NCBI GenBank assembly: GCA_040954595.2 | Contig: CM082592.2 | Span: 3,674,735-3,738,734 of the forward strand | DNA length: 64,000 bases | Source of the DNA: Balanoglossus misakiensis | Lineage: Eukaryota > Animalia > Hemichordata | Direction: 5' to 3' | Shown: piece after piece, positions 1-10,984 of the stretch | Layout of the letters: every line of letters begins with the position of its first letter | How positions within the stretch are numbered: the first letter of the stretch is position 1 | Translations under genes and position numbers: made by a program | The notes under the pieces: model-generated | What the model saw: only the letters and a program-made list of their open reading frames with translations | Told to the model about the DNA's origin: nothing | Database searches by the model: none

Positions 1-1
1 C

Positions 2-463
2 TGCATCAACACAGCGTGCGCAAGGATAAAATGCGATCTATTAGAAGGACGTATGTCTTTTCCACAAGCATTACATCACCATATAAACAGTGCCGTGTAC
101 ATTTTACATCAATTATTTTTCCCATACTCGCTGTTATCTACACTGGAAGCTTACGAGAGAAAAGTTATTTCAATTGTGTTGTCACACGTGCAAGGGAATC
201 ATGGTCGTGGCGGGGACATTTCCATCCTTCTGGGAAATCCAGAAGCGACAGTATTGTACATTACGAAATGCGTGCTCGAAGGTTTTGGATGCGCAGGCTC
301 CAATATATTTGACCCGATTTTCCGGTACATGGGACCGATGCCTTTGGATCGTCATTTGAAAGAAGTGTTTGATATAAATCCGCATAAGTTAACAAAGTGT
401 TCCAAAATACTACAGGTAGTAATGACAAAATCATCGTGCATCCGAGCATTAAACAACATGTAG
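2..463 (+). CDS. Partial hypothetical protein (5' end outside window)
   Basis: The frame of ORF 53..463 is open from position 2 (CINTACARIKCDLLEGRMSF...). No recognisable motif. Confidence 0.5.
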   Translation, partial: CINTACARIKCDLLEGRMSFPQALHHHINSAVYILHQLFFPYSLLSTLEAYERKVISIVLSHVQGNHGRGGDISILLGNPEATVLYITKCVLEGFGCAGSNIFDPIFRYMGPMPLDRHLKEVFDINPHKLTKCSKILQVVMTKSSCIRALNNM

Positions 464-965
464 TCAATGCCATACCCTCATATAGTCGCACTGAATTTCA
501 AGGTTGTATTTCAGAAGACGCGCTTTACTAGCAACTACGCATGCGCAACTATTATTGTCATTGTGATTTTGCTGATCCTAGAAGTAGTCAATGCCATACC
601 CTCATATAGTCGCACTGAATGTCAAGGTTGTATTTCAGAAGACGCGCTTTACTAGCAACTACGCATGCGCAACTATTATTGTCATTGTGATTTCGCTGAG
701 CCTAGAATTAGTCAATGCCATACCCTCATATAGTCGCACTGAATGTCAAGGTTGTATTTCAGAAGACGCGCTTTACTATCAACTACGCATGCGCAACTAT
801 TATTGAAACTGACGCCGTGATTTCGCTGAGCCTAGAATTAGTCAATGCCATACCCTCATATAGTCGCACTGAATGTCAAGGTTGTATTTCAGAAGACGCG
901 CTTTACTATCAACTACGCATGCGCAACTATTATTGACGATGACGCCGTGATTTTGCTGAGCCTAC
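460..965. repeat. Tandem array of four ~124-130 bp units; further partial copies at ~1943-2045 and ~3047-3150
   Basis: The unit gtcaatgccataccctcatatagtcgcactgaat..caaggttgtatttcagaagacgcgctttacta..aactacgcatgcgcaactattatt recurs with spacings of 124, 124 and 130 bp. The short ORFs across it are repeat artefacts. Confidence 0.95.
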
Positions 966-1014
966 CCTTATATAGCGATGTTACCAACTCGCAGCCCGTC
1001 ATATTGCTATCGCC

Positions 1015-1911
1015 ATGGCATCGTCGGGTGGTTCTCCATACCCTAGTGAAGTTTATAAATCAACGAGTTCCCGAGAGTTAAGTATCAGAGAAAGTTTATT
1101 GTTCACTGACAGCAGCTGTGTGGCCCTGGCTGAATCAAATCTGTACGTGAACACCGCTCGGCGTGTCCGATGTATTTGCTGCAAATTCAAACCTCGATAC
1201 TGTTTTTCACAAGCGCAAATAGGAGACTTGGTCTTCGAGCATTATGTGTTTAACCAATCCTGCTACAGCCATAATGAACACCGATATCCGAGAAGTGTAC
1301 ATGACAAAATGGACGGGTTGGGTCGCCTGTTGGCATTGCGTGAACTAAGGTTTACATTCGTTGAACTGATACGCCATTTGCGACAACGCAGGCCAGACGA
1401 TAGGTTCGAGGACCTTGTGTTCATGGCTATATACTGCATATCAGTAAACATTGTCGGTCCTGACGTTCATGTAAAAAGCATTTCTCTTTCTGCTATGAAG
1501 AACTATGCACGTCGCCATAACTATTATGAGCCAATGCGCAGATCCTTGTCTAACTACTTACACAAGGCCTTCGTGCAAGTCGTTGGTGATTTTCCTTGGG
1601 CAAACGTCCACCAACTATGTAGGGAAGCCTTTTCAAATCAAACGTTTATATTAGAATATTCCAGAACACGGGTTTCGTGCGACTTATGCCGTTTCAGCTT
1701 AGAACAGGTCCCATTACCACCGGATATCAAGGCCAAGTACATTTGTTGTAAAATATGTCTCGACAACCCCATCACGTTAATTGGTCAGTGCGGTCACCCA
1801 ATGTGTGAGTCGTGTTATAATAAAATGGCGTCAGTAAGTCCTGGTGGACAGTGTCCGTTTATTTTCTGTCAACAATCATTAGATTCCTTTATTGCTATAA
1901 GATTCCCGTAA
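1015..1911 (+). CDS. IAP-like protein: divergent N-terminal BIR plus C-terminal RING finger (copy 1)
   Basis: BIR-like pattern R...LAESNLY....VRCICC-x19-EH-x6-C. C-terminal C3HC4 RING CKIC..CGHPMCESC..CPFIFC. Confidence 0.75.
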   Translation: MASSGGSPYPSEVYKSTSSRELSIRESLLFTDSSCVALAESNLYVNTARRVRCICCKFKPRYCFSQAQIGDLVFEHYVFNQSCYSHNEHRYPRSVHDKMDGLGRLLALRELRFTFVELIRHLRQRRPDDRFEDLVFMAIYCISVNIVGPDVHVKSISLSAMKNYARRHNYYEPMRRSLSNYLHKAFVQVVGDFPWANVHQLCREAFSNQTFILEYSRTRVSCDLCRFSLEQVPLPPDIKAKYICCKICLDNPITLIGQCGHPMCESCYNKMASVSPGGQCPFIFCQQSLDSFIAIRFP

Positions 1912-2125
1912 AGTGTTATGGGTGTTGGCGGGACCTGAGCGAGTCGCACTGAATTTCAAGGTTGTAATTCAGAAGACGCGCTTTACTAGCAAACACGCAT
2001 GCGCAACCATTATTGACAATGACGCCGTGATTTTGCTGAGCCTATAAACAATCGTAGCTGATCGTCAATGCCATACCCTTATATAGCGATGTTACCAACT
2101 CGCAGCCCGTCATATTGCTATCGCC

Positions 2126-3043
2126 ATGGCATCGTCGGGTGGTTCTCCATACCCTAGTGAAGTTTATAAATCAACGAGTTCCCGAGAGTTAAGTCTCAGA
2201 GAAAGTTTATTGTTCACTGACAGCAGCTGTGTGGCCCTGGCTGAATCAAATCTGTACGTGGACACTGCTGGGCGTGTCCGATGTATTTGCTGCAAATTCA
2301 AACCTCGAGACTGTTTTTCACAAGCGCGAATAGGAGCCTTGGTCTTCGAGCATTATGTGTTTAACCAATCCTGCTACAGCCATAATGAACACCGATATCC
2401 GAGAAGTGTACATGACAAAATGGAACATATTGGTTACATGTTGAAATTAGGGCGAGAGCGTGGACTAAGGTTTAAATTCATTAAACTGTTACGCCACTGC
2501 AGACAACTCAGGCCATCCTGTCCATTCCAGGAAATTGTGATTATGGCTATATACTGCATCTCAGTGCACATTGTCGGGCCTGCCGTTCGTGTAAATCACA
2601 TTTCTCTTCCTGCTATGAAGAACTATGCACGTCGCCATATAGATGTTGGCAAAATGCACGGACCCTTGGTTGACTACTTACACAAGGCCTTCGTGCAAGT
2701 CGCTGGTTATGATCCTTGGACAAACCCCCACGAACTATGTAGGGAAGCATTTAAAAATCAAAGGTTTTACTTTTGTGACGGAGGCTGTGCTCGGTGCGAT
2801 GTATGCAATTTCATGTTAGAACATGTCGTACCACCAGCTGATATAGATGACAATTACATTTGTAAAATATGTTACCACAAACCCGTCACATTAGTTTCTA
2901 ATTGCGGTCACCCTATTTGTGATGGTTGTTATACTAGGGTGAGGTTTTCAGACATTCCAAATCTGTGTCCGTTCTGTCGACAACCATTGCACTCCTTTAT
3001 AACTATAAAATTTATGTGTTGTGTCGGTGTTTGCGGGACCTGA
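2126..3043 (+). CDS. IAP-like BIR-RING protein (copy 2, tandem paralog)
   Basis: The first ~100 codons and upstream DNA are nearly identical to copy 1 at a 1111-bp offset. RING CKIC..CGHPICDGC..CPFCR. Confidence 0.75.
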   Translation: MASSGGSPYPSEVYKSTSSRELSLRESLLFTDSSCVALAESNLYVDTAGRVRCICCKFKPRDCFSQARIGALVFEHYVFNQSCYSHNEHRYPRSVHDKMEHIGYMLKLGRERGLRFKFIKLLRHCRQLRPSCPFQEIVIMAIYCISVHIVGPAVRVNHISLPAMKNYARRHIDVGKMHGPLVDYLHKAFVQVAGYDPWTNPHELCREAFKNQRFYFCDGGCARCDVCNFMLEHVVPPADIDDNYICKICYHKPVTLVSNCGHPICDGCYTRVRFSDIPNLCPFCRQPLHSFITIKFMCCVGVCGT

Positions 3044-3644
3044 GCGAGTCGCACTGAATTTCAAGGTTGTATTCCATAATACACGATTTACTAGCAATTA
3101 AGCCTACGCAACTATTCTTTATTATGACGCTGTGATTTTGCTGAGTCTAGAAAGAACTGATGTTGACTTTTGAGTAACTCATTTAGAACAGACCGAGTAG
3201 GGCGCATTCGAAACTCGTCTTGAAAATACAATGTGAATTCATGCAGTGCTTATGTCGGTGAATAAAATAATCGTTGGTTGTATTCACAAAGTGTGTTCGG
3301 CTGTCTTTCTTCCCTTTACCCCGATGAGTGACCACTTGAATAAATGACTGTACGAAAAAATGTATTGAGTACGAATAGTCATCGAATCCAGAGTTTTTCG
3401 GTACCAGTTCGTGTATATAATTTCCTGTCAAACGAAGGTATTCGAGACCCATACAACTGGGGGCGCTACATAATCGGGGTTTTGCCTACGGTGGTCGGGC
3501 TCCGGCCAGCGCCATCACCCTGTAATGGTCATTCCGCTCGCTTGCGTTCTGACTGTAAAGTAATGACCAGCTTTCAACTCCTACAGTTAGTCTGAATTCA
3601 TTTACTGTATACATTGCTCTTATTTATGTGTGTGGCAATAAATT

Positions 3645-5729
3645 ATGAGTGCCATGGATGAAAATGTACAGCTCGTGGTTGGGAGAAACGTGTACAGTTT
3701 CTTTACCCACAAAGTTTGCCAGTCTATTCCTTACATAGAAAGTATGATGCAGTTTGAGCGCATGCGGTCGAGTTATAACGGCGTCTTGCAACTCAGCAAT
3801 TCAAACATTCCAGACACACACTGGCACTTATTTCTCGGTTTTTTAAATTTAGGTAGAATACCACCTCTTGTTCGATACACAGATGTTAATGGCGGCGCAG
3901 CTACTTTCGCCATAGAAGAACACAATCTGGCGGAAGTTGCAGTAACAGCGGACTTCTTGCTCATGACGTCATTTACTCGGGCCCTCTCCCAGTTAATATT
4001 AGAAAGGTCCACGCTCTTTTCTGGTAATTGCGTTCAGTCTATGCACAATCTATTTATATTTTTCGATCAGATCAGTCGAAAAATACCGCACGAAAACGAC
4101 TTGATAGACACTGCGGCTGCATTGTGTGCTCAAGTCACGGCAAATTTTCGGGGCGTTTCTGTCGGAAGGTTATGGTGTTTAGACACGTTAAGGCGATTTG
4201 TATTACGCAGGAATAGATTTATGGGGACCGAGAGAGACATATACACCACCGTGTATTGTTGGTTTGAACATTACAGACGTGAATTTGAGGCGAATAGCAA
4301 CCCGTTATCGTTTATCGAAATATTGTTGGCCATATGGCCCAACACTCCCATCCTCCAGTCGGAGATATATGACTTGGCATTTGGTATTATTATGAGATAT
4401 CTTGGGCAAGAGAACGGCTTAACGAAATACATAGATAACATATCTCATGAATTGTCTGATCGGGAACTCTTTGGTATAAACATACAACCATCCGACATTC
4501 ACCATCGTATCGTGGAAGCACATGCAAAAACTATTCTTGATTCCATTAAAGCTACTTGGCGAAAAAACTACAAGCAACCTATAGATTGTACATATTCATA
4601 TTTATTGATGGATCGAGATAAACTTCAATCTTACAATATGTACACAAATAACTGGTCGGATCTGCCCAATACGGATATGTTCTACAATAGTATATTTCCA
4701 CCACCATCATCAAAATGTAGGCTATATGACGTCATGGTTGTCAGTGAAAGAAATAGTGTGTTTTGTCTGTTTAGACAAGATAACTTTTTGGTTCTTATTG
4801 TGAACCATATTGGGGATAACGATAGCCTTGTTTTGGGAGAATGTGGCTGGAAAGTTGTGTTCAATATAGCATTACAGCTAGGGGGGCTACCGTTGAATCC
4901 GCGTGGGTTTTACCAAATGTGCAACTTCGAGGAGTTTCTCATCATGAAAGATTCTACATCTCCGCATATAACGTGTGTTCACAGAGAAGGGCCGTGGAAA
5001 ACGTTCAGGGATTGCAATGTACTGTTTTCAACGACGTACATCAGTGTCAAACCTGAATGGGAAATAAGAGACAAAACAATATGTCCAGTGTATTCAGGCG
5101 AGAACCATCATAAGTTGTTTTGCGACATCTATGTTGTTGGCCCGGCATCCGAGTTATCCTTGTGCGTGTTAACGGTGGAGATCGATAAAATATGCTGCAA
5201 AACACACATAGAATACGACCTTGTTGAGCAGAGGGTGCTTTTTGGTATGAAGTTAGAACGTTCAATAGCCACCCCCGACCTTGAAGAAGGGAATTACATG
5301 CCTTCACTGTTCTTCTTATCAGCAATAGGGCTGGTGTGTTTGGGTAGGTTGAATATATCACACGACCGACAAGGACAGTATATGTTGATAAACATTCAGT
5401 GTTACAAGTACATCAAACACGACCAGTGTTGGGAACGCATTGATTTGTCGCATGGGTCATTCCAAACAGATGCATCTTGGGAAAGTGTTAGTCTGGAGTA
5501 TAGTACACAGTCGCACGCGCTACCTCTCAAGGGTCATCTTGACGGGCCTCACACGTTGGTATTGTATGACGGGGACCGTCAAGAGAACCACGTAAAGCAT
5601 TTATTTTCTCGAATGAACGTCGTAATAGATTTGTCAATACAAAATATAGAGGTTCGACCGCTATGTTCAGGTAGGATTACTTGTCCGTGTTCTCAGCATG
5701 GTAACCGAGACGGCAAAATATCTATGTAA
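3645..5729 (+). CDS. BTB-BACK-Kelch-like protein (putative Cullin-3 adaptor)
   Basis: N-terminal BTB signature (VQLVVG...CQSIPYIESM...NLAEVAVTADFLLM), BACK-like TERDIYTTVYCWFEH, kelch-like LQSYNMYTNNWSDLP and a beta-rich C-terminus. Confidence 0.7.
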   Translation: MSAMDENVQLVVGRNVYSFFTHKVCQSIPYIESMMQFERMRSSYNGVLQLSNSNIPDTHWHLFLGFLNLGRIPPLVRYTDVNGGAATFAIEEHNLAEVAVTADFLLMTSFTRALSQLILERSTLFSGNCVQSMHNLFIFFDQISRKIPHENDLIDTAAALCAQVTANFRGVSVGRLWCLDTLRRFVLRRNRFMGTERDIYTTVYCWFEHYRREFEANSNPLSFIEILLAIWPNTPILQSEIYDLAFGIIMRYLGQENGLTKYIDNISHELSDRELFGINIQPSDIHHRIVEAHAKTILDSIKATWRKNYKQPIDCTYSYLLMDRDKLQSYNMYTNNWSDLPNTDMFYNSIFPPPSSKCRLYDVMVVSERNSVFCLFRQDNFLVLIVNHIGDNDSLVLGECGWKVVFNIALQLGGLPLNPRGFYQMCNFEEFLIMKDSTSPHITCVHREGPWKTFRDCNVLFSTTYISVKPEWEIRDKTICPVYSGENHHKLFCDIYVVGPASELSLCVLTVEIDKICCKTHIEYDLVEQRVLFGMKLERSIATPDLEEGNYMPSLFFLSAIGLVCLGRLNISHDRQGQYMLINIQCYKYIKHDQCWERIDLSHGSFQTDASWESVSLEYSTQSHALPLKGHLDGPHTLVLYDGDRQENHVKHLFSRMNVVIDLSIQNIEVRPLCSGRITCPCSQHGNRDGKISM

Positions 5730-5837
5730 CGCGGTGTAAGAAGAAAAGGTTGACTGGTTCTCCACACTGTATATAATACAGTGTGTTCAAGTCAGACGTT
5801 CAGTCGTTTTCTATCGCTGAACCAAGAACTGTGTACG

Positions 5838-7511
5838 ATGGCTAATATACTGAAATACTCGAGTCGACTTGCGTTTGAGCCCATAACCCCGGAATTGTTA
5901 AACATATTCGCGGACAATGATATTAAATGTCCAAACGTCTGTTCCAGAGAGTATAACTCCAGAAGTTTATCGTATCTCATGTGTAAGACGGGATCTCAAG
6001 CGTTCCCAAATTACGATATAAGTAAATTCAAACTTATCGATTCCAAAGCTATCCTGAGTGGCGACGTGGACATCTTTTTATCTGAACTGGTTCACACGCC
6101 ATTCTTTGCTAGCATTGCTATGCGTATAATAGCAGAGGTTACCGGAAGAGCCTATAACAAATACGATCCAATGGTGAAAGACGACAGACAGTGGGTAATG
6201 AAAGCTATAGAAGAAACTGATTGCAACCAACCAAATGACATTTTCAACTTGACTGGACTACGTCTCGAAAAGAAGAAACTCAAAAAAGACAAGGCTGACA
6301 CTGGTTCGAACAAGTTTTCACATTATGATGTTGTTTTCCAATTTGGTGACAGCGCAAAAGTAGTAACACTACCAGGAGATTGTGATGATAACATTGTAGA
6401 TTGTTTTGATGCGACTGACAAAATTGTGGCGCGTCCTGCCTTACAGACGACAGAATTGAAGACGGGCACACAGCTAGTCGGATATTCCAACGTTTCGTTT
6501 AAGGGTAACTTTTGTATCACAGACGAAGAATTGGATACTGTCAAAGGGCAGATGAAATCACGTGGTGGTTCCTTGATAGGTGCAAACCATCTACGACAGA
6601 TTGATAGTGCCCGCTATATAATAGGGCTGTCATGTCGTTTTGGCGAATATGGAAACATGAAATTTCTGAAACTTCAGTTAGTCTATCTGATCGTTCAGTG
6701 TAGATATTTATATCTCTGCATGATTGAAGACAAAGACAACCCTCTCTATTCAGAAGTCAGACTGAGAGATGATGTTGACTTGAACACTTTCAGTTCGTTG
6801 TTTACGCAAGAACTACGGAAACTTTTTTACGGAGAAAACGACAACATAGGCCGTAAACTCAAATTGGCTGATGATATGCCCACATCAATATACAACAAAC
6901 ACCTTGCTTCAGTCACCATGAGATCTTTTTATGAAGTCGGTCTCGAACAAAGAAACGGGAATCTGTTGGCGAAAGAAGCTATAAACACCAGTGCCGACGT
7001 TCAAAGTCAGGTTGCAGCGTTTTCCGATGTATTACGGCGTTCTAAGAGAGAATATAAACCTCTGCATATAGTCTACCACCCAGCTGTTGTACCAATGAAC
7101 CGCGATAAAAGTAGCATAAGGGTTCCGCAGAATGTGAGGATTTACATAAGTGACTCGAAACGCGAGTCCAATGACCCGCCAGATGCCATGAATGCCGCCC
7201 TCAAAATAATCTGTTACGGCAGTAAAGAGATAAAAAAAAACGTGGTGATGTCGTCGTTGTTAGACTCTGTCCAAGTTGTGCCATGGAAAGCTGTCTTTGA
7301 GAAAGATACTTCTTTGCAACAATCTACCGAATTAGACCAATCTAGTCTTGCACTCGCTGTCCAGAATATCGTTTGCCATTTGAATAGCAGTGAAGAAGAA
7401 GCGTGTGAAATGCTAGCCATCCCATGGGCCGATTATCTGGCGTCTAAAAACGAACAGTTGGCTATCTGTGCCGAGCCCGACGCCAAACGCATGCGAATTA
7501 CAAGTAATTAG
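5838..7511 (+). CDS. Hypothetical protein with C-terminal NLS-like motif
   Basis: Long ORF. ATG at 5838 lies downstream of a TATA at ~5770. Ends PDAKRMR, with AATAAA at 7567. Confidence 0.7.
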   Translation: MANILKYSSRLAFEPITPELLNIFADNDIKCPNVCSREYNSRSLSYLMCKTGSQAFPNYDISKFKLIDSKAILSGDVDIFLSELVHTPFFASIAMRIIAEVTGRAYNKYDPMVKDDRQWVMKAIEETDCNQPNDIFNLTGLRLEKKKLKKDKADTGSNKFSHYDVVFQFGDSAKVVTLPGDCDDNIVDCFDATDKIVARPALQTTELKTGTQLVGYSNVSFKGNFCITDEELDTVKGQMKSRGGSLIGANHLRQIDSARYIIGLSCRFGEYGNMKFLKLQLVYLIVQCRYLYLCMIEDKDNPLYSEVRLRDDVDLNTFSSLFTQELRKLFYGENDNIGRKLKLADDMPTSIYNKHLASVTMRSFYEVGLEQRNGNLLAKEAINTSADVQSQVAAFSDVLRRSKREYKPLHIVYHPAVVPMNRDKSSIRVPQNVRIYISDSKRESNDPPDAMNAALKIICYGSKEIKKNVVMSSLLDSVQVVPWKAVFEKDTSLQQSTELDQSSLALAVQNIVCHLNSSEEEACEMLAIPWADYLASKNEQLAICAEPDAKRMRITSN

Positions 7512-7708
7512 CCCGTACACAGTTGATTGACGAACATTTTTTAGTTATAATTATATGTGTTAGTTGAATAAAATATATGCTAATATTTAACGGAGATCGA
7601 ACATTGACTATTCAGTTATAGTTGAAATAGAACTGAATACCCGTTTTCTTTAATTTTAACATTGCCGATCGTTAGGAATAGACTCATAGATTGCAATAAA
7701 CTATCTTG

Positions 7709-8377
7709 TTACACTAAATGTTTAGTCGACCCTGGTAGATTATTATATTTCGGGTTGCTAGTCTCATTCAAAGTCCACACTAGCATATCGGTTACAGTTG
7801 ACGCAGAACAGTTCGCCATCAGATTGACATCCACGAATTTATCCACGTTTAGAACCACCCAGCAGGCACGAAGCAAAGGTTCTAGAGATGTACAGACAGC
7901 AATGTGAATTAGTTCATCCGAATTTTGGCTATGACTAGTTAAGAAATTATCCAATGAGCCATATTTCAGCCACTTGTTCGCGCTCATATTATGCCAAAGC
8001 GCAACTCTGTCCGGCAAGGCCCTCAAACACGACAGTTTATTTGTTTGAACACCGGACCACATACAAACGCCATCGTCGCAATAGTCCAATTTTTTCCTTT
8101 TGGAAGGTACAGGTATATGCGCTGAAGTCTTTGGGACAAACACGTGCGTTTCCATCAATTGAAATAATTCTTGGCTAGACATAGTACCGGCGAACCATCT
8201 CAGATGTACGTCTTGAGCCTGCATTGCCCAGTAGTCGTCGAATTCATCCTTTGCGGTCATATATCGGATGACGATATCATCGCTAACCTTTCCCTCATTA
8301 CAATTAGATTGAAATAGTGTATCGTGCAAATAGGCGTCTCTGAGGACAATGTATTCATCGAACGATGTCGCACTCAT
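7709..8377 (-). CDS. Hypothetical protein
   Basis: 222-aa ORF with an upstream TATA-like element and an internal PSKRKK motif. Confidence 0.6.
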   Translation of the reverse strand: MSATSFDEYIVLRDAYLHDTLFQSNCNEGKVSDDIVIRYMTAKDEFDDYWAMQAQDVHLRWFAGTMSSQELFQLMETHVFVPKTSAHIPVPSKRKKLDYCDDGVCMWSGVQTNKLSCLRALPDRVALWHNMSANKWLKYGSLDNFLTSHSQNSDELIHIAVCTSLEPLLRACWVVLNVDKFVDVNLMANCSASTVTDMLVWTLNETSNPKYNNLPGSTKHLV

Positions 8378-8508
8378 GCCTTATACACGCCGAACTACAT
8401 GACATAAATGAGCCCCCACTATTATATACTGCAATTTTGTTTATTTCATAATTCATTTGTAATTATACAGAGATGTTAGACGATGTGAAGAAACAAAAAC
8501 AATTGTGA

Positions 8509-9090
8509 CTAGTAGGCATCAACCAAGCATGGATTGAGTAGCTTCCTCATAAGTTGTCCAGTGAACTCTTCGTGGATGATCAAGCACGGAAGTCGATAGT
8601 CGTGGCAGATTTCTAGGAATGTGGACTGGAACTTCTTGTGCACATCGGCTAAGTTGTCAAGCGCTCTTATTTCATAGGGTCGACCACGGCTGACAATGTT
8701 TTTCTTACAATAATCCCAAGCCATATCTTTGAACACAATTATGAATTTATCTAGGTGTCCAAAGGCAGCCCGTATCATATCTTTCTCTGTCAGTTGTAAG
8801 TTGTATGTTTGCCTGATTCGCGAAAATGTCAAGTGTTGAATTATACTAGAGTCACAGATTCGCCCCTTCGACATTCGCCCTTCCGAGTTCCACTGCAAAT
8901 CGAGGGTGTGTTGGATGAATTGTCGTTGAAAATCACCCGGGTCAATTTCACCAGCATAGAAATCGGAAATTTTGGTCGAAAAAGATTCAGTAAATTCGGG
9001 TACACACTCATATTCCAGCTCTCTGGCGACATAAAATGCATCGTGAGATTTACCGCAACCGATTGGGCCGTTAAGGAATATGGTGGCCAT
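8509..9090 (-). CDS. Deoxynucleoside kinase (dNK/thymidine kinase family)
   Basis: P-loop GPIGCGKS, VPE motif, DSS (DRS/ERS-like) motif and lid RGRPYE. Confidence 0.9.
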   Translation of the reverse strand: MATIFLNGPIGCGKSHDAFYVARELEYECVPEFTESFSTKISDFYAGEIDPGDFQRQFIQHTLDLQWNSEGRMSKGRICDSSIIQHLTFSRIRQTYNLQLTEKDMIRAAFGHLDKFIIVFKDMAWDYCKKNIVSRGRPYEIRALDNLADVHKKFQSTFLEICHDYRLPCLIIHEEFTGQLMRKLLNPCLVDAY

Positions 9091-9300
9091 CCAATGAGTT
9101 TACTACAGTTTGTGTCGGGTCTATTTATACCATTCGTTACGACTACGATGATCAGAAGCAAACGCTTCCGATAATGATTTGTTGCATGTGGATCAACTAG
9201 GGGATGTCGCATGTTGTCCGTGTTCCGGAGTGTGAGAGCAACCACTATCCAAATTTAATAAAGATTTGTTTCGCAACAGCCTCTCAGTATTACGGAGATC

Positions 9301-10209
9301 ATGACGGCTCATAGTTCTGCCAGACCCCATGATATCCCGTCCACGTGCATGTTTGATACATGTGAAAATACGCCACTCTCATACTGTTCCGTACGGTACG
9401 GTGCATTGGAAGAAGAAATTCATCTGCACTACACTAGTGGCCTGAATAACGTAGAGAATGAAAGAGCGTACGCTCTTTGGGCCATAAATACATCCTTAGA
9501 AGAGCCTAAAGCGATCAACTTTAAAAATGGATTGCATCTTGCCTGGAAAACCGTCAACTTTGTTTCTTCTCCAAAAGCCGTTGTGTTAAACACGAGCATG
9601 ACAAGTCTCGCCGCTTGTGGTTATGAACCGTACAAATTGATATCATTGGTAGTAAGTCGGCGCCTAAAAACACCCTCTGTTAAGGCTTCTGTCGTTAGTG
9701 CATTCTGGGTAACGTCGGCACTCTCAAACTCTTACATTAAGTGCACCCTATTGAACCAAATGTTTATCGACCATTATCCTAGTATGCATTATATATTTTT
9801 CACTGTTTTGGACAGTTTAGACAATTCTATCATGCGAAATAATGTATACGAATTCGCAAAAAAACTAGAGTACATATGTCATTCAGACTACAAAAAACAA
9901 GACCAGATTGTCCGCGCCATGCTCGCGCCGATAGCGTTAAAAAGCAGTGTTGAGGACACGACAATTAGACGGATACGTGTAGGTCATGGTATTTATGACC
10001 GTAAGGTCGGTGTGACCAGTGACACTATAAACATAATAGTTCCAGACCGCTGCTGGCCGTACGCATGGCATGACTGTACTCTGATCTATTCATCAAAGAT
10101 TAAAACGTACGAGAGGACTGACGAGAGAATCAGGTGGTTATCGTCCGCCTTTCTGAATGTATCGGATCTTCCAGACACTTTATTGCGTATGTTCAAACCT
10201 CTGGTGTAA
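9301..10209 (+). CDS. Hypothetical protein
   Basis: 302-aa ORF, no recognised motif. Confidence 0.6.
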   Translation: MTAHSSARPHDIPSTCMFDTCENTPLSYCSVRYGALEEEIHLHYTSGLNNVENERAYALWAINTSLEEPKAINFKNGLHLAWKTVNFVSSPKAVVLNTSMTSLAACGYEPYKLISLVVSRRLKTPSVKASVVSAFWVTSALSNSYIKCTLLNQMFIDHYPSMHYIFFTVLDSLDNSIMRNNVYEFAKKLEYICHSDYKKQDQIVRAMLAPIALKSSVEDTTIRRIRVGHGIYDRKVGVTSDTINIIVPDRCWPYAWHDCTLIYSSKIKTYERTDERIRWLSSAFLNVSDLPDTLLRMFKPLV

Positions 10210-10215
10210 TCCGAA

Positions 10216-10797
10216 ATGACAATGGGAGACACGTTATACAGTAATGTGCATAGTGCCTGGGAGAACGTTTCCACCTTGGATATAACCATGGTGTTAGAGC
10301 AAGCCCATCCACAGACAACATGTTGCATCAATTGCACTGGTCTTGGTGGGAAGGTCATATATTCCCCCGGCGGATGCACCTGTCTGATATCAAAGATGAA
10401 ACTCCCTAGTAAAGACCCCTCTTTTCAAGACAAACGGGTTTTTGAACATCCTACCATACATATGATAGTTCATTTGATGTCGTTTTTCTCAGAGAGTGTG
10501 GATTTCCAGGAGGACAAGTTCATTTTTAGGGAGATTGTACATGTTGGGCCCGACATAATTTCATTGATCATAGGTGCCCAGGACCTCAGAGGAGTATGTA
10601 ATATTAAAGAGAGAACGTTGACTGTAACCGTTATACAGAGTCCGTCTATACTACTAAAGATTGAACCGTTAAACAAAGACCAGGAGCTGTCTTCACTGGT
10701 AACTAAATTGGCGCACCACACCTTTATTAAGAAAGGGATGAATCGACAAAGGTTGGCAAAGAGAAGACGGGTGAAAAGGCTACGCAAGATAAACTAA
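10216..10797 (+). CDS. Hypothetical protein with basic C-terminal NLS-like tail
   Basis: 193-aa ORF with a CCxxC..C..H cluster, ending RLAKRRRVKRLRKIN. Confidence 0.6.
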   Translation: MTMGDTLYSNVHSAWENVSTLDITMVLEQAHPQTTCCINCTGLGGKVIYSPGGCTCLISKMKLPSKDPSFQDKRVFEHPTIHMIVHLMSFFSESVDFQEDKFIFREIVHVGPDIISLIIGAQDLRGVCNIKERTLTVTVIQSPSILLKIEPLNKDQELSSLVTKLAHHTFIKKGMNRQRLAKRRRVKRLRKIN

Positions 10798-10984
10798 CTC
10801 TATATACGTTTATATACTTACGACTAGCGACTATTTGGCTGACATATTCAAGCCGTAAAATTTGTACCAAGAAGTTGACGAATCGTTCCCGACGAAAAAA
10901 AAAGCACCGACCATACAGCGCACTTGAAAAGGTTACGCACTAATGAATGTGATTGTCCAAATATAAATCAAAGGCTATATAACA

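Noticed and set aside
460-965. Possible CRISPR-like array
   Set aside because: The units are near-identical over their whole length with no unique spacers, and there are no cas genes. It is a tandem repeat.
467-1081. Four short ORFs starting MPYPHIVALN
   Set aside because: Translation products of the tandem repeat, with no coding evidence.
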